A stretch of 64,000 nucleotides of DNA from Actinomycetota bacterium (GTDB lineage Bacteria > Actinomycetota > Thermoleophilia > Gaiellales > Gaiellaceae). The position numbers were made by a program, and so were the translations under genes. The stretch covers positions 11,553 to 75,552 of the forward strand of contig JBKPGW010000040.1 in the NCBI GenBank assembly GCA_046729555.1. The letters run 5' to 3'. This document shows positions 37,212-46,665 of the stretch, piece by piece (the first letter of the stretch is position 1; each line of letters starts with the position of its first letter). The notes below the pieces were generated by a model, which was given only the letters and a program-made list of their open reading frames with translations, made no database searches and was not told the origin of the DNA.

Positions 37212-38525
37212 TCACGGACGTGCCGCCCTCCGCCGGCGTCTTCGACGCTCCCAGACCCACGGGAGCAGTTCGCCCGTGACTGCCTTCCAGACGAAGGCAG
37301 CGCGGTTGTCCCAGTCGAGGATGCCCAGCCGTCGCAAGCAATACGGATCAGTTCCGGCTCCGTTGCGCCCCGGATCGGTCGTGAAGGCGGCCCGATAGCC
37401 CGCGGCAGCTGTCGCCGCGCGCACACGCTCGTCGTGGTACCCGTACGGGTACGCCAGCAGCGGCGGGACGTCGTCGAGGTGCGCCGCGAGCTCGTCGAGC
37501 GCCCCGGCGAGCTCGGCCTCGAGCTCCTCTTGGCGAAGCTGCGGCATGACGGGGTGGCCGCGACCGTGGGACGCGACGATGCCGCCCGTCGCCTGGAACT
37601 CCTCCAGCTCGTCCCAATCCGCGAGCGGCTCGTCGTACGCCCAGGATGCGGCCCGTCCCACCGCAGCGGTGTTCACGAAGATCTGCGGGTGTAGTCGGCC
37701 GTGTTCGCCGAAGGCTTCGACGACGCTTCGAAAGCCGTCGTCCGCAGCGATCACGTAGCTTCGCGGCGGAAGCGTGGCCGCCGGGTCGGCGTGGAATGCG
37801 AGCAGGCGCTCGGGTGCAAGCGGCCGGAACCGAAGGAGCCGCAGCCACCGCAGCTGGCGCTCGAGTCGCCGCGGCCGGATGAAGAGGTGGGCCTGCTCAG
37901 GATCCGGCCTCTCCTGAACTCCGTGGTAGTAGAAGACGACGTACGAACTCCGCGTCAGCCTTTCCCACTCACGACTCGTGGCGACGGAACGAACGCCGAG
38001 CCAGAATGCCGCGTCGGCTGCAAGCGTCAACAGCGCGCCCGGGCTCCGGACGAGCACGCCGAGCAATCCGGACCGGCACAGCGCCCGACGGATGACGCGC
38101 CTGCGCCAGAAGGCGTGGAAGAAGGAGCCGAGCTGAAGCTCGGTCAGTAGCGAGGGGTCGACTCGCACGAGCTCGACCGACGAGGCACCTCGCGCATGGC
38201 ACAGACGTACAAAGGACGCTGTATCCGGCAACTCGTCCGGCTCGCCCGACGCAATCTCGACGCCGGCCCTGCGCAGCCGGACGGCGATGGCCTCCGCGCG
38301 CGCGGCGCCGTTGGGCAGACCACGGGCAGTTCGCTCGAGTAGCTCATCCGGACCGGAGACTCGTACGATGGGCCGCGGGAAGGGCCCGACTAGCGGCGAG
38401 AGGTCCCCGTAGGGCTTCGACGTCTGAGCCAGCCAGCGCGCGAGCGCGGTGTCTGGAGGTCCCACGATGGAGTGGATACGAGCGTTGCCTGGCGAGTGCG
38501 CGTCAATCCGCATGTCGTCACTCAC
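37212..38525 (-). CDS. Polysaccharide deacetylase (NodB/CE4) with an unassigned ~200-aa N-domain and an Arg-rich tail
   Basis: IAADDGF, VASHGRGH and LAYPYG motifs. Tail ERRRRRRRAARP. Full-length paralog of 53075-54268. Confidence 0.8.
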   Translation of the reverse strand: MSDDMRIDAHSPGNARIHSIVGPPDTALARWLAQTSKPYGDLSPLVGPFPRPIVRVSGPDELLERTARGLPNGAARAEAIAVRLRRAGVEIASGEPDELPDTASFVRLCHARGASSVELVRVDPSLLTELQLGSFFHAFWRRRVIRRALCRSGLLGVLVRSPGALLTLAADAAFWLGVRSVATSREWERLTRSSYVVFYYHGVQERPDPEQAHLFIRPRRLERQLRWLRLLRFRPLAPERLLAFHADPAATLPPRSYVIAADDGFRSVVEAFGEHGRLHPQIFVNTAAVGRAASWAYDEPLADWDELEEFQATGGIVASHGRGHPVMPQLRQEELEAELAGALDELAAHLDDVPPLLAYPYGYHDERVRAATAAAGYRAAFTTDPGRNGAGTDPYCLRRLGILDWDNRAAFVWKAVTGELLPWVWERRRRRRRAARP

Positions 38526-38767
38526 GGTTCGCCGAGGTTCCCTTGAAACGCCTCGCTGGATTCCTCCGGACTTCCAGCGCGCCAGATGAAGTTACGCAAT
38601 GAAACAGTTGCGCGAAAGCCGGAGAACCTTTAAGTGTGGGTCTTGCGCGCTCCCAATCACGCGCGCGAAGCTCGCGTCTCGGCCCGAATCGGGCAACCTG
38701 CCATGCATGACGATCCCCATTTTGCCGGTTTGGCCACGCGCCAACTACCCGGGAACACTTACCTTCG

Positions 38768-39196
38768 GTGACCACACCTGATCGGCTGCCGCCGACGATG
38801 ACTTGGCGCTCTCGGGTGACGCGTGATTCGATCGTGCGGCAGTTCGGCAGGTTCGCTGTCGTCGGCGTAAGCAACACGGTTGTCAGCTTTGTCGCCTACG
38901 CCATCCTGATCCATATCGGCGTGCTCTATGGAGCCGCCGGCGCACTCGCTTTCGCGCTCGGCGCTGCGAACGGATACATCCTCAATCGGCGGTGGACGTT
39001 CGCAGCTCGGGACTCCATGCGTGCGCGCCTCAGATACGTGGTAGTGCAAATCGTTGGGTTAGGAGCGACCGTTGCGCTTCTCTGGCTGTTCGTCTCCTAC
39101 GCGGGTATCGGCCGCCTTGCCGCGTATCCGATAACCATTCCGGCCGTGACCGTGGCGACGTTCTTCGCCAACCGCGGCTGGACGTTCGAGCTCTGA
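38768..39196 (+). CDS. GtrA-family membrane protein (polyprenyl-P-sugar translocation)
   Basis: 142 aa, 4 TM. RFAVVGVSNTVVSFVAY; NRRWTF and NRGWTF motifs. Confidence 0.85.
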   Translation: MTTPDRLPPTMTWRSRVTRDSIVRQFGRFAVVGVSNTVVSFVAYAILIHIGVLYGAAGALAFALGAANGYILNRRWTFAARDSMRARLRYVVVQIVGLGATVALLWLFVSYAGIGRLAAYPITIPAVTVATFFANRGWTFEL

Positions 39197-39225
39197 CGCG
39201 GGTGCACCTCGTTGAAACCGCCCTG

Positions 39226-40776
39226 TCATCTCATTGCCGGATCGAGCAGGATCGCAACCCCTCCCTCGTGTGGAAACTCGCGCGCGAGCGTCGCGCGGGT
39301 CACAAGCCGACGGCGCAGCGATTGCAGGCGCACGATCGTAAATGCCTGGACTACGTGACGAGTCTGGATTCGACGGAAACCCGGCAGAGGAGCACGATCG
39401 GCCTGCGGAGCGTTGATGCTGTCGCTTTCCTCGATCACGTCGATCTCACTGAGGTAAGCGCCTTGTCGTGTCATGTCCCTAAGCTGGGGTTGATACAGCC
39501 GGAGCACGAAACTCGTGTACACGTCGGCGAGAACGGCACGACTCGTCGACGGTGAACCGAGTGCAGTGGCGACCGCGCGGATGTCCGGTCTTTGCAGGTC
39601 GCGCCGTCGAGAGATGTCGGTCGAGACGCCGATCAGCAGCAAGCAGGCGACTACGCACGCAACGAGCCCGGCCTTACCCGCTCGCGCCGTGCCGGCAACC
39701 GCCGCCGCCGGAATTGTCAGCGGCACAATCGCGACGATGAGGTTGCGGTACATGAAGTAGTCCCCGCGACCGCCGAAGAAACGATCGCCGACGACTCCCA
39801 ACACGAAAGGCGCTCCTACGGCGACTGTTCCGAACATGACTGCGAGCAACGCACCGTTCCTCTCCGACCGCTCTGTCCAGAGGAAGAGGCCTACGATGAC
39901 GACTATTGGTATCGCGCCGATAATCGGCCGAATGTGCGCGATCGGGTACGCGCCCACCACCAGCTGGTGCAGAAAGTATGCCGCTCGCCCGCCGATGGCG
40001 GACTCCGAGATCCAGGCGGTGTGCTGCGTGTACTGGGCTTGATAGATCGCGAGCGGAAGGAGGGCTGCAGCCACCAAGGTCACGAGTGCGACGGCCGCGC
40101 CCACCGCGCGCCTGTCAGCGGATCGATACAAGAGCCAAACCGCCTCGGCGGCGAGAAGGAAAAACGCGAAATAGTGCGTTGTGAGTGCGAGGCCCGACAC
40201 GATCGCCCACCCCGCCAACCACCAACGAGCACCTGGCTCGGTCGCCCGTTGCAGGAACGCAAGAGAAAGAGTGCCGAAGAAGACGAGCATTGCATACGCG
40301 CGCGCTTCCTGCGAGTACCAGACAAGGAAAGGGCTGACGGCGATGAGCGCGGCCGTAAAGCACGATGCCCGACGGGAGACAAACACGCGCGCCGCGGCAT
40401 AGGCTGCGGGGACTGTCGCCGTTCCGAAGACGGCGGAGAGTGACCTGAGACCCGTCTCGTGCAGACCGAAAAGCCTCGACCAACCCCAGGCCAGCACGTA
40501 GTAGAGCGGAGGCGTCGACTCGCTGCCGGGAATCGCCGCAAGCATGTCGGACAGCGAACGATGTAGGAGATCGACCGTTATGGCTTCGTCGTACCAATAG
40601 CTCTGTGCGCGGAGTGTCGAGAAGCGCAAGAACGCCGCGATCACCGTCAGTCCGGCGACTACCTGAAGATGCCGTGCCGCGAAGGGGAGCCGCGCTGCCT
40701 CGATGAGCGCGCCTCGACGTCCCTGCCCAGGGCGGGACGCGGGGTGCGACGGAGCGACAAGATCTCTCGCGAACAA
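39226..40776 (-). CDS. GT39/PMT_2-family GT-C glycosyltransferase
   Basis: 516 aa. Loop-1 motif SYWYDEAIT and about 12 TM helices. Confidence 0.85.
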   Translation of the reverse strand: MFARDLVAPSHPASRPGQGRRGALIEAARLPFAARHLQVVAGLTVIAAFLRFSTLRAQSYWYDEAITVDLLHRSLSDMLAAIPGSESTPPLYYVLAWGWSRLFGLHETGLRSLSAVFGTATVPAAYAAARVFVSRRASCFTAALIAVSPFLVWYSQEARAYAMLVFFGTLSLAFLQRATEPGARWWLAGWAIVSGLALTTHYFAFFLLAAEAVWLLYRSADRRAVGAAVALVTLVAAALLPLAIYQAQYTQHTAWISESAIGGRAAYFLHQLVVGAYPIAHIRPIIGAIPIVVIVGLFLWTERSERNGALLAVMFGTVAVGAPFVLGVVGDRFFGGRGDYFMYRNLIVAIVPLTIPAAAVAGTARAGKAGLVACVVACLLLIGVSTDISRRRDLQRPDIRAVATALGSPSTSRAVLADVYTSFVLRLYQPQLRDMTRQGAYLSEIDVIEESDSINAPQADRAPLPGFRRIQTRHVVQAFTIVRLQSLRRRLVTRATLAREFPHEGGVAILLDPAMR

Positions 40777-40904
40777 AGGCCGGGTCAGCGTCCTTTACTG
40801 CGTCCGAACCAGCGCGTCGGCAACAGAGCCGCGGACGGCTTGGCACCTCAGCGAAACGACGGGAGTGCGGAGGCTTGTCGGTGCGCTGTACGTCCTTGCC
40901 GCAC

Positions 40905-42347
40905 TCATATACGGGCAACGGCGTCCGCGGAACGCCGAGGATCATTCGACGAGCGCCTTTTTCGTGGCTGATCGACTTCCCGTCCCGGGCCCGCGGCCCA
41001 GCGTATCCCGAACCATGCGACGACGAGCGCGATCACCGTCACGGCGACCGACCAACCCTTCTTCTGCCAACTGTCCGTCGAGAAGTCGCCGAAGATCCAG
41101 TCGAAACCGAAACACCCGGGGGCCGGCAGTGCGCAAGGACCGCCCAACCAGCCGTGTGAGTTGAAGAACGCGTAGGGGTACCACAGGTTCACGACGAAGA
41201 GAACGGACAGGGCTGCGAATGCCACGCGCAACGGGCGGACGAAAACGAGCGGCGCCAGGAACGCGAGAGAGTAGAACATGTAGCGCTCGTGCATCCGCGT
41301 CAGCAGCACGAACGCGAGGAGGCTCACGATGCCTGCAGCGAGAGTCAAGATACGCCCCTCGTCGGCGCCACGCTCGATGGCACGGTGCGCGCGCGACATC
41401 ACCACCACGATGCTGAAAGCGAGGGCGAGCATCCCGAAGTACAGGGCGGGAATGCCGGCGACGGCGACGTAATCGCCCGAAGCATCGGGCCGCCCGAACC
41501 CGACGGCGCCCCAGAGGTTGAACGCGTTTTCGCTCGTGACGGGGTAGAGCGAGGCCGAGCGCCTGTCGAAGCGAACGAGCTCCATCGGACCAAGGCCGAA
41601 CGGAACGGCCGTGAGGAACCAGAGCCCAAGGGATAGCCCCGCCGACAGGGCGATGCTGAGGATCCCCTTCGTCCGCTCCGAGCCTGAGCGGCGGCGCAGG
41701 TGGCGCCGGTAGAGCGCGTAGAGCATGACCGGGAGGACGAAGGCCGCCTGCGGCTTGACTGCGATCGCGAGTGCGAACAGCAGGAAAGCGACGAGCTCGC
41801 GTCGGAGCAACGGCGGCCCGGTGAAGAGGAGAAGAAGCGACCAGAGCGCAAACAGCGCGGGCACAGCGTCGACCTGGCCCCAGACTGCACTCAGCATGAT
41901 GAAGGCCGGGTTGAACAGCACCGCGGCAGCGACGAGCGGACGGACCGGCAAGCGTTCTCTGATCGAAAGCGGAGCGATGCGTTCGGCCAACGTTCCCGCG
42001 ATCCAGGCGAGCCCCAGGTCGGCGAGGATTGCCGGCATCTTCAGGAGCACGTACCCCGGCGGCGCGGAGATCTTGCCGATCAGCCAAAGCACGTACATGT
42101 ATCCGGGGGGATAGTCGGCGAAGTGTCCCCCGGCGTAGAACCGGCTAGGACCCACCTCGACAACACGTGTCGCCCAGGCCTGGAACCACTTCAGATCCCC
42201 GTAGAAGCCGGCGTGAGGCGCGATCGCGATCCGGACGAGCAGTGCCACGGAAAACATGGCCAGCAACGCCACAGGGGCGTCGAGACGCCAAATCAACCGC
42301 CCGCGGAAGTCGTCGCGCGACAGGGACGACGAATAGCCGTATGTCAC
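40905..42347 (-). CDS. GT-C fold glycosyltransferase (DUF2029/GT87-like)
   Basis: 480 aa from GTG 42347. GDLKWFQAW..FADYPPGYMY motifs. Polytopic. Confidence 0.68.
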   Translation of the reverse strand: MTYGYSSSLSRDDFRGRLIWRLDAPVALLAMFSVALLVRIAIAPHAGFYGDLKWFQAWATRVVEVGPSRFYAGGHFADYPPGYMYVLWLIGKISAPPGYVLLKMPAILADLGLAWIAGTLAERIAPLSIRERLPVRPLVAAAVLFNPAFIMLSAVWGQVDAVPALFALWSLLLLFTGPPLLRRELVAFLLFALAIAVKPQAAFVLPVMLYALYRRHLRRRSGSERTKGILSIALSAGLSLGLWFLTAVPFGLGPMELVRFDRRSASLYPVTSENAFNLWGAVGFGRPDASGDYVAVAGIPALYFGMLALAFSIVVVMSRAHRAIERGADEGRILTLAAGIVSLLAFVLLTRMHERYMFYSLAFLAPLVFVRPLRVAFAALSVLFVVNLWYPYAFFNSHGWLGGPCALPAPGCFGFDWIFGDFSTDSWQKKGWSVAVTVIALVVAWFGIRWAAGPGREVDQPRKRRSSNDPRRSADAVARI

Positions 42348-42355
42348 GAGCTCTC

Positions 42356-42964
42356 TTAGCCGCCTCGCGCCTCGCCATCGCAGCCGACGAGGAACCTGAT
42401 GTTCGTCACGGGTTGAAGTTCGGCGTAATTCTTGGCATGTCCGGGTTGGCGGCTCGGCCGGTCCCAGAAGCCGACCCCGCTGACAGAGGCCACGGCGCCT
42501 TCGTTTCTCCAGGCTCGGCTGGGGGAGCCGCAGCCCCGCGCGAATCTCCGACGAGCACCTACGATCGCTGCTCGAGCTCGTGTCGCACGCGGGAGACATG
42601 CCGGCGCCGGCAGCTCGGCGAGCATGTATGAATGTCTGGCAACGAGAATCATTTGGATGTCGCCATCGTCCTGGATTCGATCCTTGACGATCACGGCTCT
42701 GACACGCCAGACATGACGCTCGAAAGCGCTGTCGCGCCGCGGTGTGGCTCGGGCCGGCCTACGCAGCTTGTTGATCGCCCGAATCGTGGTCGTGCGCGGC
42801 CGCAGGTCGACGAGTCCGCGCTGTGGATCGCTGAGCGTCTTTAGACCCCCGAGTGTGTTGTCGCACCGACTCGGGCTGGTGCGAGAGGAGGCTCCGGTGG
42901 TTGTTCCCGCCGCCGCCATCAGCCCGCAGAGGACAAGCGCGCCGGCGAATCGCCTGATGCTCAT
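42356..42964 (-). CDS. Secreted hypothetical protein
   Basis: 202 aa. Signal peptide MSIRRFAGALVLCGLMAAAG. C-terminal GVGFWD..HAKNYAELQPV block. Confidence 0.6.
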   Translation of the reverse strand: MSIRRFAGALVLCGLMAAAGTTTGASSRTSPSRCDNTLGGLKTLSDPQRGLVDLRPRTTTIRAINKLRRPARATPRRDSAFERHVWRVRAVIVKDRIQDDGDIQMILVARHSYMLAELPAPACLPRATRARAAIVGARRRFARGCGSPSRAWRNEGAVASVSGVGFWDRPSRQPGHAKNYAELQPVTNIRFLVGCDGEARGG

Positions 42965-43111
42965 GGCACTTGGGGTACAGCGGACGTCGTGGCCCAGAGA
43001 CTCAGTTCTGCAAGACGGAGGCGTCGCAGGCTAGGCGCGCGATCCGAGCTGAGGCTCCCTGCTCGCAGGGGCAGCGGCCGAGGGGTTCGTGGGAGCGGGA
43101 TCGTTTGCCTG

Positions 43112-45604
43112 TTAGACAACGACTACGCTGATCGGAGTCGTGGCGCGAGAGTTGCCCGCCCGGTCGACCGCAACGGCGTAGATCGTGTGAGATCCCCTTG
43201 CTACCTGCTTGTTGTTCGTGTTCCAGTTGACGCGATAGGGCGCGGAGGTGGCCGTGCCGATGAGGTTGTTGTCGACATAGAAGTCGACGCGCGCGACCCC
43301 CAAGCCGGCGTCGCCGGCGGTCGCCTCGAGTCGAACGACGCCGCGCACGGTCGCGCCGTTCACCGGAGTGGTCAGCGTTACCTGCGGCGCGGTCGTGTCG
43401 ATCTGGATGAGCTGAGTGTTCGTCGCCTCGACGTTGCCTGCGCCGTCCCACGCCCGGTACTTGACGGTCGACGTCGAGGAGACGTTGAACGGAGCTGAGT
43501 AAGCGGGGCTGGCGAGCGACGGATCGGAGCCATCTGTCGTGTATCGGATGAACGCAACACCAGATCCACCGGAATCGACTGCGGAAAGGCTGACGCTGAC
43601 GGGTGCCGCAGACCAGCCGCTCGGGCACGCACTGCCGTTGCAGGCGATCGAAGAAGTCGGCGGTGTCGTATCGGCCGAAGTCGTGGCGACCTGGATCAGT
43701 TGGGAGTTCGTCGCCTCGACGTTGCCTGCGTTGTCCCACGCGCGGAACTTCACCGTCCTCGTCGACGTGATGCTGAACGTATTGGTGTAGAGCGTGCTCG
43801 AGCTCGTCGGGTCCGAGCCGTCAGTCGTGTAGCGGATGGCGGCAAGATTCGAGCCGCCCGAGTCGGTCGCCGAGAGCGCAACGGTAACGGCCGACGAATA
43901 CGTGGTGCTCGAGCATGCAGCGCCGTTGCAAGTGATCGAAGAAACCGGAGTCACCGTGTCGATCGAGATCAACTGCGACTGCGTCCCCTCGATGTTCCCG
44001 GCGTTGTCCCAGGCTCGGTACTTGACCGTCGTCGTGGTCGCAACCGGGAAGGGCCCCGAGTAGATCGGGCTGAACGCCGTCGGATCAGACCCATCCGTCG
44101 TGTAGCGGATGACGGCGACGCCGGTGTCGGAGTCGACGGACGAGAGGCTGACGCTGACAGGCGCCGAATACCAACCGCCGCCCGAGCACGTGGCGCCGTT
44201 GCATGCGATCGAAGACGTGGGCGGTGCCTGATCGGCGACGGACGGAGCCTGCTGCAGTGGCCCGCCGATGACGTCGTGCACTGTCTTCACAACCGTTCCG
44301 TTTGCGCTTCTCGGCTGGAGCCAGTCCAGAAATGCTTGGAGGTTGCTCTGGCTGATCGCGTAGGAGTCGCAGCCGTCACAGACGTGGTGGAAGACGAAGG
44401 TGATCCAGCCGCCGGTCGCCTCGGCGTTCATGACAGCGTTCTCGAGATCCTGGACGGTCGTGCCCGAGCGAACACTCGCCTGGGTACGGATCTCCCAGAT
44501 GTTCTGCGGGGGAATCGTCTCGGCTGCGGGGCAGCCCGTTTGTGCCGGTGAGCAGAGCCCCCACGATCGTCTGCCCGAGTTGTAGCCGCACGCCTGGAGG
44601 ATCGAATCGGTGCTCGCGTTGTAGTCACCGTACGGATAGGCAAAGTCGGTGACGGCAAGGCCTTGTGACATGAGCGCCCGCCTGTCTTGGCAAACCTGGC
44701 GTTGTGCCTCGGTGAGGCTCACGGTGGGGAGATCGACGTGATTGATCGTGTGTCCGGCGATCTCGTTGCCGGCACTCTGGAGGCTCTGGAGCTGGGCCCA
44801 GCCAAGGAAGCTGGGGCTGGTCCCAACGTTTCCGCTGTTGACGTAGAACGTGCCGTGCATGCCCTCGCCCGCGAGGATCGGCGCCGCGGCGACCTGGTCG
44901 CCCCACGCGTCGTCGAAGGTCAGCGAGACGATCGTCTGCCGGGGCGGTTCCAGCGCACCGCCACCGAAGTCGTCGATGATCGGATTCGTGCCGCGCGGCC
45001 GCACGCCGATCTTGCCCGTCCGGTACGTCGTGTCCGTGGCCGAGGCGACCTGCTGCCAGGAGCCAAGATGGTAGACCCACCCCTGCACCGAGTCGGCGAT
45101 CACGCGCAGAGCGAGTTGATCTCCGGGATCGAGCGAGAATCCGTCGAACGTCGCGAGCGTGGTGAAGACGTTTGCGTCCTCGCGATAGAGAACGAAGGTC
45201 GCGGGCGAGTTTGCGCCTTGCCACTGCCAGATGTAGCCGCTCAGCTGCCCCGCTCCGTTGAGGCTCGCGTCCGCCACCACCCCGGCGTTGTTGGTCGCGA
45301 GCAGGATGGTGGCGCGCGCCTCGACGTCTCCGGTGAACGAGTCCTTCCAGCCCGACGTGGTCGTGCCAGTGCCGGAGGAAGCCACCGCGTTGTTCAGGAG
45401 CTGAGCCCCGCCGCTGGAGAGCGCGCTCCAGTTACCGCCGCCCGACAGGGGGTTCTCGTTCGCGCGGTTGAAGCTGTCCAGGATCGGCGTTCCGCCGGGC
45501 GGCGAGGCGGCAGCCTGTGCAGGGACAGCCGTCGAGCCAGAAAACGCCCCGGCCGTCATGACCAAGACGAATCCGAGTAGAAATCGATATTTCAGCCGCA
45601 GCAA
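43112..45604 (-). CDS. Secreted multidomain polysaccharide deacetylase (LamG-like + CE4 + 3x chitobiase/hexosaminidase-C-like repeats + Ig-like)
   Basis: 830 aa. TTG start with a GAGAGGGG RBS and a signal peptide ending PAQA. CE4 motifs LTFDDAW and GHTINH. Repeats carry IRYTTDGSDP..KYRAWDNAGN. Confidence 0.85.
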   Translation of the reverse strand: MLRLKYRFLLGFVLVMTAGAFSGSTAVPAQAAASPPGGTPILDSFNRANENPLSGGGNWSALSSGGAQLLNNAVASSGTGTTTSGWKDSFTGDVEARATILLATNNAGVVADASLNGAGQLSGYIWQWQGANSPATFVLYREDANVFTTLATFDGFSLDPGDQLALRVIADSVQGWVYHLGSWQQVASATDTTYRTGKIGVRPRGTNPIIDDFGGGALEPPRQTIVSLTFDDAWGDQVAAAPILAGEGMHGTFYVNSGNVGTSPSFLGWAQLQSLQSAGNEIAGHTINHVDLPTVSLTEAQRQVCQDRRALMSQGLAVTDFAYPYGDYNASTDSILQACGYNSGRRSWGLCSPAQTGCPAAETIPPQNIWEIRTQASVRSGTTVQDLENAVMNAEATGGWITFVFHHVCDGCDSYAISQSNLQAFLDWLQPRSANGTVVKTVHDVIGGPLQQAPSVADQAPPTSSIACNGATCSGGGWYSAPVSVSLSSVDSDTGVAVIRYTTDGSDPTAFSPIYSGPFPVATTTTVKYRAWDNAGNIEGTQSQLISIDTVTPVSSITCNGAACSSTTYSSAVTVALSATDSGGSNLAAIRYTTDGSDPTSSSTLYTNTFSITSTRTVKFRAWDNAGNVEATNSQLIQVATTSADTTPPTSSIACNGSACPSGWSAAPVSVSLSAVDSGGSGVAFIRYTTDGSDPSLASPAYSAPFNVSSTSTVKYRAWDGAGNVEATNTQLIQIDTTAPQVTLTTPVNGATVRGVVRLEATAGDAGLGVARVDFYVDNNLIGTATSAPYRVNWNTNNKQVARGSHTIYAVAVDRAGNSRATTPISVVVV
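43391..44227 (-). repeat. Three tandem ~279-bp coding repeats (about 93-aa domains) inside the 830-aa gene
   Basis: Residues 460-551, 552-646 and 647-738 align as (T/A)PPTSSIACNG..C...VS(V/L)S..DS..G...IRYTTDGSDP....Y...F.....T.VK(Y/F)RAWD.AGN(I/V)E.T.(S/T)QLI. Confidence 0.8.
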
Positions 45605-45678
45605 CCTAACCCCTCTCCCCCTTCGGGCCTGCTCGTAGGATGCGTATTTCCCGCCGACCTGTCAATGGCACTTCGAGA

Positions 45679-46629
45679 TCAGCCTCGCCGCAGGAGCCTT
45701 CCCCACAGTTCTCGACGGCCCAGACCGCGGCCGGCTCCTCGCCAGAACGCGTAGCTGAAGACGAACGCGAACCACTTCCGCGACCACGACGGTCGTCGCA
45801 GGAGAAGGCCCAGCCGGGCGAGAGTGCGAGGCGGCACACGCAGCGCGAGACACAACGCGAGCAGCGGGATCCAAAGCCCTCTCGATCCTTGATTTCCGCC
45901 CAATTCGGTCTGCCGAACGATCGCCGGATCGCGGCGGTAGAGCTCGACTGCGATCTGACCTCGGAGCTCACGATCGGCGACGATCTCCCGCCAATCGTCT
46001 CGCCGTTCTTCGGTCACCACGGCTTCCGGGATGAAGACGAAGCGAGCGCCGGCTCTGTCGAGCCGGTACGCGAATTCGAAGTCGTTCAGGACGGGCAGGT
46101 CCGCCGAGAAGCCCTCCACCTCGTCGAACAGACAACGAGCGACCGAGCAGTTGCCCCCGTAGCAGTCGAGGTAGCTGATGGGCCGGACGAGAAGGTGCTC
46201 GTAATGCTCTCGTGCCGCCTCTGCCCGTAGCTGCGCGAAGGGGTCCGCATCGGCGGGAATCCGTCGGGCGATTACGCCGACACCGACGGTGCGGGGCGAG
46301 ACCCGGTGGGCCATGAGATGAGCAGAGATGAGTGAGGGAGAAGCGATCATGTCGTCATCGACGAAGAGCAGCACTCGCCCTCTCGCACCATCGGCACCTG
46401 TGTTACGTGCGGTGGAGGCCCCCGCCCGGGCCTGCTTCAGGACGCGCAACGAGAACGGCGGATCGAAGCTTGAGAGCATCTCGGCCGTCCCGTCAGTCGA
46501 TCCATCGAGGACGACAATCACCTCGAATCCGTGCGGTCCGACGGCCTGACGCTCGAACGACGCGAGACAGGCTTGCAATAACGCACGCCTGTTGTGGCTC
46601 GGAATGATGACACTTAAATCGGGAGGCAT
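45679..46629 (-). CDS. GT2-family glycosyltransferase
   Basis: 316 aa. LSVIIPSHNR, VVLDGSTDGT and FVDDDM motifs. Confidence 0.85.
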   Translation of the reverse strand: MPPDLSVIIPSHNRRALLQACLASFERQAVGPHGFEVIVVLDGSTDGTAEMLSSFDPPFSLRVLKQARAGASTARNTGADGARGRVLLFVDDDMIASPSLISAHLMAHRVSPRTVGVGVIARRIPADADPFAQLRAEAAREHYEHLLVRPISYLDCYGGNCSVARCLFDEVEGFSADLPVLNDFEFAYRLDRAGARFVFIPEAVVTEERRDDWREIVADRELRGQIAVELYRRDPAIVRQTELGGNQGSRGLWIPLLALCLALRVPPRTLARLGLLLRRPSWSRKWFAFVFSYAFWRGAGRGLGRRELWGRLLRRG

Positions 46630-46665
46630 CCGTCACGCACGGCCTGTAATAGTGTCTGAAGCCCT

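Noticed and set aside
38526-38767. Small ORFs (38599-38781 + and 38518-38877 -) in the AT-richer spacer upstream of gtrA.
   Set aside because: They have no signal, motif or RBS support, and they overlap each other. The spacer is more plausibly the divergent promoter region for the CE4 and gtrA genes.
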